This document shows, piece by piece, positions 1 through 7,132 of a stretch of DNA of 26,529 nucleotides; position 1 is the first letter of the stretch, and each line of letters starts with the position of its first letter. The notes under the pieces were generated by a model. The model was not told the origin of the DNA, searched no databases, and saw only the letters and a list, made by a program, of their open reading frames with translations. The stretch spans positions 1 through 26,529 of the forward strand of contig JBHHYI010000044.1 in assembly GCA_046757525.1 (NCBI GenBank), given 5' to 3'. Source of the DNA: a bacterium. Lineage in GTDB: Bacteria; Zhuqueibacterota; Zhuqueibacteria; Oceanimicrobiales; Oceanimicrobiaceae. The translations under genes were made by a program, and so were the position numbers.

Positions 1-136
1 TCCACCAGCGTCCGCGGTACAACATGGCCAGGTAGTCGTGGATCGTTACCTGGCGCACGGGCATGGATCCCGGTGGATAGGCTCCATTTGAATGACCGTT
101 GGAGAAGTTTCGATGGTTGCTGTTTTGGACGTCCAT
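1..136 (-). CDS. N-terminus of Wzc/GumC-like polysaccharide chain-length determinant (partial, runs off window)
   Basis: My translation from the ATG at 136: MDVQNSNHRNFSNGHSNGAYPPGSMPVRQVTIHDYLAMLYRGRWW. The 'DYL..L.R.RW' pattern is typical of the Wzz/Wzc N-terminal domain. It follows the SLBB export gene. Confidence 0.75.
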   Translation of the reverse strand, partial: MDVQNSNHRNFSNGHSNGAYPPGSMPVRQVTIHDYLAMLYRGRWW

Positions 137-190
137 AATAATTGCTGAATGAAATAGAATTCAAATTTCAGACTGTTGACTCACACAGCG

Positions 191-730
191 TTACAACTGG
201 CGCAGAGCAATCACGAGGGTGGCGGAAGCCGCCATAAGTCCCACAACCGAAGTCACGCCCAGGAAAGTCCGGAACTTGTGGCCAAAGGTTTGTGAGATCA
301 GCACCGTGTCTCCACCTTCAAGGGTAGGGATGATGCCCGGCCTTCCGGTCTTGATGTACCTTTTGACGTTCACCGTGTAAATCGGGGGTTTCCGACGACG
401 CCTGTTCTTGCCGGCTTTGCCGTTCCTGACCTCGACGTCACGAATAATGTGGACGTGCTTCAAATTGGCGCCGTCCCTGGGTCCACCGGCAAACGAGATC
501 AACGAAATCAAATCGGTATGACGGGGAACCAAATATTGTCCAGGCTTTTGCACAAATCCCCAGACATTGACTTTGATCAGGATTTCGTCCTTGCTGCCTA
601 AATAGTATTGCGAGGCGCGATTCAAAAAACTCTCTGATTCCTTTTCCTGGGCTCTGCCAACGCCTGGGATAGCCAGGATCCCAATGTACAGGAAGAGAAA
701 ACTGAATCTAAGAATCTTGAAGGACTCCAT
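191..730 (-). CDS. SLBB-domain polysaccharide export protein (Wza-like, short)
   Basis: Hydrophobic N-terminal signal; SLBB pattern VNVWGFVQKPGQY...LISLISFAGG...ANL..V.I.R...LEGGDTV; C-terminal hydrophobic helix; sits between upxY and a wzc-like gene. Confidence 0.8.
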   Translation of the reverse strand: MESFKILRFSFLFLYIGILAIPGVGRAQEKESESFLNRASQYYLGSKDEILIKVNVWGFVQKPGQYLVPRHTDLISLISFAGGPRDGANLKHVHIIRDVEVRNGKAGKNRRRRKPPIYTVNVKRYIKTGRPGIIPTLEGGDTVLISQTFGHKFRTFLGVTSVVGLMAASATLVIALRQL

Positions 731-759
731 GGTCGACCTCTTGAACTTTAATACCAGGT

Positions 760-1356
760 TTACACATTCTGTAAAGACTGCAATCGATACCTGGAGCGAT
801 GTTTGGGTCTCTGCAAGAATTCTGATGGTCCCAGGCGCCGCAAGTGGCCGCGTTCAATTTCAACCGCAACGGATTGCCTGATGGCGTCTATTGAGATGAC
901 CAGTCTGTTTTGACCCCGACGCTCCAGGAAGATGCCTTTCATCCCTCTCAATGGGCCGCTCACAACTGCCACCTGGTCACCGCGTGTCAGATAATCGAAC
1001 GGCTCCGGATCGTAGCCATGTTCCAGGATGCGATGAATACTTTGAATCTGGTCCTCAGGAATGCGGGCCGGCCGCCCTGCAAAACTCACCATCCGGATGA
1101 CGCCGCGGGACTGCAAGGAATCGTAGCGCTCTCTCAAGTTGGCGCAGACAAACACATAAGAAGGAAACAACGGTTCGTCGACCTTCTTTCTGCGATCGCT
1201 CCAATATTTGGTCACCGAACGCAACGGCAAAAAAGCCTGCAACCCCTTGCCAAGCAATTCGGTATTGACTTTCTTCTCAAACCTGGGACGTGTGTAAATG
1301 GCGTACCAATACCGTGCACTTCTGTCTGCATTTCCTGATGTTCTTGAGATGGTCAT
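760..1356 (-). CDS. upxY: UpxY-family transcription antiterminator (NusG paralogue)
   Basis: NGN domain WYAIYTRPRFEKKV...FLPL...WSDRRKKVDEPLFPSYVFV; KOW motif GDQVAVVSGPLRG; AAGGAG upstream; polysaccharide context. Confidence 0.9.
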   Translation of the reverse strand: MTISRTSGNADRSARYWYAIYTRPRFEKKVNTELLGKGLQAFLPLRSVTKYWSDRRKKVDEPLFPSYVFVCANLRERYDSLQSRGVIRMVSFAGRPARIPEDQIQSIHRILEHGYDPEPFDYLTRGDQVAVVSGPLRGMKGIFLERRGQNRLVISIDAIRQSVAVEIERGHLRRLGPSEFLQRPKHRSRYRLQSLQNV

Positions 1357-1428
1357 TTCTGGTTCAACTCCTTAAGGATTCCTTGCAAGCCCACGCACTC
1401 AATTGTGACGAGATTGAATTAGTTTGAA

Positions 1429-1440
1429 CAAAGCTCCGCC
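1429..1440 (-). promoter_or_regulatory. ops-like pause/recruitment element upstream of upxY
   Basis: Minus strand GGCGGAGCTTTG versus RfaH ops GGCGGTAGnnTG (GGCGG and terminal TG in register); 72 nt upstream of the upxY ATG. Confidence 0.45.
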
Positions 1441-1493
1441 AAGTCAGTCCCATGATCTGCTCTAAATAATACATTTCCCGCAAAGATTTCATA

Positions 1494-1787
1494 AGGTCAT
1501 CTCACCAATGACCTGTGCTTCGTCCCTGGTCGCTCAGGCAATCGTTAAACGAACGAACCCGGTCTCAAAACTGCTTATGGGGTTTCTGTTACAAAATGAA
1601 TATTCTGCGACAGAAACTATGCTCTAAGCTCAGTTGCTTAGGAGCCCACGCAATCCGGCAACTGCCGGATTGCTTTAAATGTCGGAAACGCACCCACAAT
1701 CGAGACGATTGCGTTACGTACAACAGAGCGTTTCCTAAAAGTTGAACGAAAACTCCATGCTGTTGTCATTCTTGAGTTTTGGGTCAA
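1494..1787 (-). other. Tandem hairpin array in the upxY leader (candidate cis-regulatory RNA)
   Basis: Consecutive inverted repeats at 1494-1514, 1519-1557, 1582-1617, 1621-1645, 1650-1673 (perfect 10 bp), 1684-1735 and 1742-1787. Confidence 0.55.
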
Positions 1788-1790
1788 GCG

Positions 1791-2720
1791 CTACCTCGAA
1801 AACCAATCGACCGTCCGCTTTAGCCCGGCTTGGAACTGCACGGTCGGTGCGTAATTGAGATAATGCACCGCGCGGGAGACGTCAGCGAAAGAGTGTCGCA
1901 CATCTCCAGGTCGAGGCTCTGCAAAGATTGGATTGATATCTTTGCCTAAAATCCGGTTCAATTCCACGAGCAACTGCTGCACGGTAATTTGGATACCGCA
2001 GGCGCAGTTGAAGATTCTTTCCTCTGGCAGTCGTTGGGTTTCACATGCTTTTAGATTAGCTGCCACCACATTGTCCACGAAGGTGAAATCCCGGGACTGT
2101 TGCCCGTCTCCGTAAATGGTGGGACGTCTGTTCTTTGACAGCAGTCCGATGAATTTTGGAATCACGGCTGAGTACTGTGAGGTTGGGTCCTGTTTCGGAC
2201 CGAAGATGTTGAAGTAACGCAAAATCACCGTGTCCAGACCGTAAATGTGGGTGAAAACCGCACAATAGACTTCACCGGCCAGTTTGGAAATCGCATAAGG
2301 ACTCATAGGCCGGGGACGCATGTCCTCGTGCTTTGGCTGTCTGGGATCGTTGCCATAAACTGAGGAGGAAGAGGCAAACACGACCCGCTGGACACCACGA
2401 TCCCGTGCTGCAATGAGGACATTCAGGGTGCCGGTGATGTTGACTTCGTTGGTGGTTACGGGGTCCCCGATGCTACGCGGTACCGACGGCAGAGCCGCCT
2501 GGTGCAGGACGAAGTCCACACCGTCAACCGCCCGGTAAACGGTGCTCAAAGATCGAACGTCGCCTTCGATGACCTCGATGTCATCTTTGCAAGCGGCAAC
2601 GTTTTCCCGGCGACCGGTTGAAAAATTGTCCAGGATGCGAACCTTTGCACCGCGCCTCAAGATTTCTTCGACAATATTGGAACCGATAAAACCAGCGCCG
2701 CCTGTAACCAGATATCTCAT
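1791..2720 (-). CDS. NAD-dependent NDP-sugar epimerase/dehydratase (extended SDR, WbpP/UDP-GlcNAc 4-epimerase-like)
   Basis: TGGAGFIG Rossmann motif, HQAALPSVPRS, ASSSSVYG, YAISK (YxxxK), LRYFNIFGP, GDGQQSRDF. Confidence 0.92.
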   Translation of the reverse strand: MRYLVTGGAGFIGSNIVEEILRRGAKVRILDNFSTGRRENVAACKDDIEVIEGDVRSLSTVYRAVDGVDFVLHQAALPSVPRSIGDPVTTNEVNITGTLNVLIAARDRGVQRVVFASSSSVYGNDPRQPKHEDMRPRPMSPYAISKLAGEVYCAVFTHIYGLDTVILRYFNIFGPKQDPTSQYSAVIPKFIGLLSKNRRPTIYGDGQQSRDFTFVDNVVAANLKACETQRLPEERIFNCACGIQITVQQLLVELNRILGKDINPIFAEPRPGDVRHSFADVSRAVHYLNYAPTVQFQAGLKRTVDWFSR

Positions 2721-2794
2721 GGTTGGTTTCTCAAAAAATCTTTAGTCATTTTTTCCCTTGCATCGAGTGGAATTGTTTGTTAAATTCTTTTAAC

Positions 2795-2937
2795 ACCACC
2801 GGCGCCTCTAAGTGAAAAGCCCCGTACCTCTTCAATCAAAAAGAGGTATGGCCAGCGTTTCACCTGAAATTGAACTTCTCTCCAAAGGATTGTCCGGTCC
2901 GATGTTGGAAAGAAGTCGGCAAGAGTGCTCCGGTGGT
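2795..2937 (-). other. Three-way-junction structured spacer (candidate RNA element)
   Basis: Closing stem ACCACCGG (2795-2802)/CCGGTGGT (2930-2937), extended by GC and CTCT/AGAG pairs, encloses two long hairpins (2812-2863 and 2874-2916). Confidence 0.5.
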
Positions 2938-2942
2938 TTCTT

Positions 2943-3326
2943 TTAGCTGTCCAGCTTCTCCTGCATATTTAGATCATTTTGTTCTTCAACGTCTTTTGGC
3001 GTGTTCAGCAACTCCAGTTCAGCAGAATAATCGCCAAAAGTAGCCTTCGCTGCGTTTCTGATTCTTTTTGTCAAATCCCAAAGTTCGCTCAAACACATAT
3101 TTCTTTCATGAATGGCCTTGGCCCGCTCAAGCTTCAATTGCTCGGCCCGATCAACGTAACTTTGAGCCTCCGCGAGTTTCTGCAAGAATGTCTCCATGGA
3201 AATGTTCGGTACCAAGAGCTTGCCCCCAACACTGTTCCAGCCTTGCTTAACTATTTTTGCTTGCTCTAAAGTGTCTCTTGGGAAACTGGTAATTCTCGCT
3301 TTTTTGGGTTGCATGCTCTTGGCCAT
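2943..3326 (-). CDS. Hypothetical alpha-helical protein, first gene of the polysaccharide locus
   Basis: 127-aa ORF with coiled-coil-like composition and the segment LWDLTKRIRNAAKATFGDYSAE; preceded by an AT-rich promoter region. Confidence 0.7.
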   Translation of the reverse strand: MAKSMQPKKARITSFPRDTLEQAKIVKQGWNSVGGKLLVPNISMETFLQKLAEAQSYVDRAEQLKLERAKAIHERNMCLSELWDLTKRIRNAAKATFGDYSAELELLNTPKDVEEQNDLNMQEKLDS

Positions 3327-3454
3327 AGCGATCTCGACGTTCTTGGTTATCTGAAATGAGGGCTATTTGGATTGCAAACTTTTTTACAGAACCAAAATAT
3401 TTGTTCTTGACATGCTCATTGCTTTTTTATTCCTACTTTTGATTGATTGCTTTG

Positions 3455-3484
3455 CAAAGATAGTATTTTAGAACTCAATTGCAA
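3455..3484 (-). promoter_or_regulatory. Putative promoter of the polysaccharide locus
   Basis: Minus strand TTGCAA-N16-TATCTT. It also fits the Bacteroidetes-type TTG-N19-TAnnTTTG (TATCTTTG). About 130 nt upstream of the ATG at 3326. Confidence 0.45.
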
Positions 3485-4007
3485 GGATTGTGATAATAAC
3501 TTAAATGACGTGACGATAAGTTAACATGGGAGAAAGCATTGCAACAAAGTCCGCTAATACCTCACGAAGTGAAAGAGAAACCAGCTTGAGCACAATACCA
3601 ACGTGGCCAGATTTTCGCCGCACTGCGCGCCGATCAGATGAAAAAATGTGAGTCTGCGTTCAATCACTGAGTAAATGAGGTTGTGGATGCAAGTCCCTGC
3701 ATTTGAGCCGGAATGGATATTTGATTGCTACGACTGGAAATTGCGTTAGGAATTAAACAACTGTCGTGATTTCATGTTGCGCATTTTCCGGAAGTCCTGT
3801 TTTCAGTTGCGCAACCAAAAAAGCAAAAATAAACATAAAAGTCAAGATTTGTGATATTAATTTCATATACAAGTCGTTTTTTTTATTAAGTTAACGGGCT
3901 GCAACAGACAATAAACTTTGTTAACATTGCGAGCTCCGAAACTGGATTCTTTTTACTTTGTTGACTCATTCTTGAAGTTTTCTCAACCTTAATCGTTGCA
4001 CCATCGG

Positions 4008-4242
4008 TCAATCAAGTGCGAACCTGCCGATTCCTGGAGACAAAACGTTGACCTGACGTGGAACCCAAAAGGATTCCTACTGTGGCAGGGGCCGCTGAGT
4101 TTGACTTTTCGCGCAGTTTACCCAGGTTTGAAAAGGAACTATCGTAAAGGCTTCGCTGCCACTGCGCCTGCCCGCTGTCTCGAAGCGGAGCGCCTCGCCC
4201 CCACTGGAATTTGGGCAGAAGGTTGCCGCTGGTTTGATTTGA
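4008..4242 (-). ncRNA. Candidate ~235-nt multi-branched ncRNA (no known family recognised)
   Basis: Long interrupted closing stem (4008-4043 with 4195-4242) plus internal arms; several G-U pairs work only on the minus strand; TTGACA at 4273-4278 would place a start near 4243. Confidence 0.4.
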
Positions 4243-4328
4243 AGCGTAGAGCACAAGAACAGACACAAGGCTTGTCAAAACAACCTGTTTTAAAGTGAGC
4301 TAGTAGCGTGATTCCTAATTACTGTTGC

Positions 4329-4395
4329 AAACCCTGACAGGGTTTCATTGAACGATCACAGCTATAGTTTTGCCGTTCAGAACCCTGTCAGGGTT
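4329..4395. repeat. REP-like palindromic doublet
   Basis: AAACCCTGACAGGGTTT (4329-4345) and AACCCTGTCAGGGTT (4381-4395). Each is self-palindromic and the two are inverted copies of each other. Confidence 0.75.
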
Positions 4396-4513
4396 GATAT
4401 GTTAATTGAGAATCGCTCGTCTAGGGCATAGATTAGCCGTGCAACAACAGGTGCAGATTTTCGGAAGGATTTGCAGGGGGCAGCCGAAAAGCAGGCGGGC
4501 CGCTAAAAGAGCA

Positions 4514-4990
4514 TCATAGCCCTAAACATTGCGCAATATCGATTGGCGCTGAGCACGGCAGCTCTCTGCCGTCCAGGTCAACATGGTGGTCTTTTAATAT
4601 GCGAAAGCATTCCCTGTCCTGGTCGTCTACGCAGAGGAAGGGCAGGATTTCTGTCTTGCCGGCTTGAATGTGCATCCCTCCCACATTGACCTGTGTAATC
4701 TCCAAACCTAAACGGAGAAGGGCAACCACATCGCGAGGGGATTCAACAACCACGAAGATCTTTTCTGTTTTGGTGCTTTCCCTGTGTAAGAAATCGACGG
4801 TCTCTCTTACCGTGCAGATGCGTAGAGGGTAATCTGCGGCAGCCACCTGGTAGATCTTTTGTTCCCAATCATCCGCTGCCACCCTGTCATTACACAGGAG
4901 CAACCGATCCGGGTGGAGGTGCGGACACCAGGCCATGACCACCTGACCATGGATTAGACGATCATCTATTCTCAGCCATTGAAGTGACAT
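4514..4990 (-). CDS. PTS mannose/sorbose-family EIIB component
   Basis: RIDDRLIHGQV phospho-His motif and VNVGGM. Confidence 0.93.
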   Translation of the reverse strand: MSLQWLRIDDRLIHGQVVMAWCPHLHPDRLLLCNDRVAADDWEQKIYQVAAADYPLRICTVRETVDFLHRESTKTEKIFVVVESPRDVVALLRLGLEITQVNVGGMHIQAGKTEILPFLCVDDQDRECFRILKDHHVDLDGRELPCSAPIDIAQCLGL

Positions 4991-5158
4991 GCCCGCCCTT
5001 GCTATCTATTTAGGATTGAACGAAAACTCTTCTCCGCGCTTGTCGTTGCGACCGCGCGAAACAAGCAAGAAATCTGGCCAGGCACCGAAGCCCCAGGTAG
5101 TTGCCCGACAAGATTTCTGCGCTGCGCTCTGTTGAAGTGACTGTTTCGGAAACCCGGC

Positions 5159-5551
5159 TTAAAGGGTAGAGCGAGTTAACCTTGCGATGCCTCGCATGCC
5201 GTCTCTGACCAATACTTCCCCGAACTCCTCCAGGGGATATTGATCTTTCTTAGAGACAAAAGCCAACACCATGGGAAGATTGACGCCTGAGATCACTTCT
5301 ATCTTCGGTTTTTCCTTGACAACTCTCGACGCCACATTCCAACAGCTCCCCCCTTTCAGGCCAACCAGGATGAACAAACCGTTTCGGAGCTTTTCCATCT
5401 CAATAAGACGGCAAATCTTTTCAAACAAGGCCTGAGGCGAAAGGTCAGCACAGTCAATTGCATAAAGATTTTCGCATTCACCAAGAATTTGTTTGACGGC
5501 GTTAACCAGAGAAATAGCCACATTCCCGTGGCTCAAAATCAAACAATGCAT
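5159..5551 (-). CDS. PTS mannose/fructose-family EIIA component
   Basis: LILSHG phospho-His, GGSCWN, VISGVNLPM. Confidence 0.88.
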   Translation of the reverse strand: MHCLILSHGNVAISLVNAVKQILGECENLYAIDCADLSPQALFEKICRLIEMEKLRNGLFILVGLKGGSCWNVASRVVKEKPKIEVISGVNLPMVLAFVSKKDQYPLEEFGEVLVRDGMRGIARLTRSTL

Positions 5552-5562
5552 GGAATCATTCT

Positions 5563-6543
5563 CTATTCAAAATCTTTGTCCAAGTAATCCTCTAAATACT
5601 TCTTGGATGCGATTTTCTCTTGCATCTTTTCGATGAGCTTTTGGTTAAATTCCTGTGCCGGATGGTGGCCGTAGATTTTTAGAAGCTGATTCAGCGCAAT
5701 CACTTCTGCAATAACTGTGATATTCTTGCCCGGGAATATGGGCAATTTTACCGCCGGAATTTCCACATCTAATATTTTGGTTACGGCTTCATCCAGGCCA
5801 ATGCGTTCGTATTCCTCGTTGTCATCCCATTCCTCTAATTGAACCTCCACTTCAACGCGTTTTTGCAAGCGCACAGAACGGATGCCAAATATGCGCCGGA
5901 CGTCCACAATCCCCAATCCTCGAATTTCCATGTGGTGTTGCAGCGTTTCGCTGGCCATTCCAATCAATATGCCCTCCGCCTGTCGAACAATGTTCACAAC
6001 ATCATCGGCCACCAGGCGGTGACCGCGTTCCAACAAGTCCAGAGCAATTTCGCTTTTTCCAATACCACTACGTCCGGTGAATAACATGCCGATGCCGTAG
6101 ACGTCTACCAACGAACCGTGCACGGTGGTCCTTGGTGCAAATTGCTCCTCCATGTAACCGCTCAGGAGGTGCATCAACCGCGTGGTCTTGAACGGGGTTC
6201 GGAAGACACTAATACCATGCTCGTTGCACAGCGGCATTAATTCTGGTACCGGGTCATTGCCTTCTGTGACGATAATGCATGGAATTTTGAACGAAACCAA
6301 CGTTTTGATTGCGAGCAGTCTTTTGTCGCGCTTCAAGGATTTCAAGTACTCATTTTCGGTGTTGCCCATGATTTGAACTCTTTTGTAGGTAAAAACCTTG
6401 ACGAACCCGGTCAGGGCTAAACCGGGCCGATTCAAGTCTGATTCACGAATGATTCGCCTAAAACTCGCGCGATTATTCAACAGCTCTAATTTTAGCTTCT
6501 CTTTTGTATCGCGGTAAAGTTTGTCTACGGTCAACGTTTCCAT
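5563..6543 (-). CDS. hprK: HPr(Ser) kinase/phosphorylase
   Basis: NRPGLAL, HGSLVDVYGIG, Walker A GRSGIGKSE, LVADD, MEIRGLGI. Confidence 0.97.
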   Translation of the reverse strand: METLTVDKLYRDTKEKLKLELLNNRASFRRIIRESDLNRPGLALTGFVKVFTYKRVQIMGNTENEYLKSLKRDKRLLAIKTLVSFKIPCIIVTEGNDPVPELMPLCNEHGISVFRTPFKTTRLMHLLSGYMEEQFAPRTTVHGSLVDVYGIGMLFTGRSGIGKSEIALDLLERGHRLVADDVVNIVRQAEGILIGMASETLQHHMEIRGLGIVDVRRIFGIRSVRLQKRVEVEVQLEEWDDNEEYERIGLDEAVTKILDVEIPAVKLPIFPGKNITVIAEVIALNQLLKIYGHHPAQEFNQKLIEKMQEKIASKKYLEDYLDKDFE

Positions 6544-6614
6544 TACCTACCAATGAGATTTTGTTCTGTGCTGCTGTTCAATGCCGAAGGTCTTCACCAC
6601 GGGACTCATGGTCG

Positions 6615-6962
6615 TCATCCGGTTTCTTTGGTCTCGAATGAAGGAGCCGTCGTCGATATAGAACTCTTGTTGTTCCCATGAGATCGCAGTTTTTCTTTGT
6701 ACTTTTTGATTTGCCGTTCCAATTTGTCCACCGCAAAATCGATGCTCTTGAAGATGTCCTCGGATTTTTCTATGGCCACCAATCTTTGATTATATACGCT
6801 TATGGCAATCTCCGCAACCTGTGTCAGCTTTTCGTAGTCTAAAATGATTTCGCAATCTATGATTCCATCGTAATACTTCTTAAGCCGCAGTACTTTTCTT
6901 TCAGCGTAATCCTTAAGCTTCTTTGAGGCTTTGAAATGTCTGGCAGTGAAATTGATACGCAT
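6615..6962 (-). CDS. hpf: Ribosome hibernation factor HPF/RaiA (short form)
   Basis: INFTARH...LKDYAERK...SEDIFKSIDFAVDKLERQIKKYKEK; GGAGG RBS; upstream of hprK. Confidence 0.92.
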   Translation of the reverse strand: MRINFTARHFKASKKLKDYAERKVLRLKKYYDGIIDCEIILDYEKLTQVAEIAISVYNQRLVAIEKSEDIFKSIDFAVDKLERQIKKYKEKLRSHGNNKSSISTTAPSFETKETG

Positions 6963-7132
6963 TGAAACCTCCCTATTGGTTAAACCTTGAAGAATATCAT
7001 TACGAGTTACTTTTTATAACGATTGTGGGGTTCAATTGGTTTTGCCCAGGCGCTCCTTTCCATGAAAACGAAAAATCAGGTAACAGCTCACCTGCCCGAA
7101 CGATCCCATAAGAAATGTGAGGTTCGTGTTCT

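Noticed and set aside
260..275. AGGAAAGTCCGG resembling the RNase P RNA 5' motif
   Set aside because: Lies antisense within the SLBB gene and the 3' RNase P motif is absent.
1515..1745. 76-aa plus-strand ORF in the upxY leader
   Set aside because: No RBS or recognisable motif; overlaps the hairpin array.
3604..3618. TGGCCAGATTTTCGC as a sigma54 -24/-12 promoter
   Set aside because: Weak match, and it points on the plus strand toward no credible gene.
3996..4298. Short ORFs on both strands (100, 88 and 63 aa)
   Set aside because: No RBS or protein-like motifs; the region is better explained by RNA structure.
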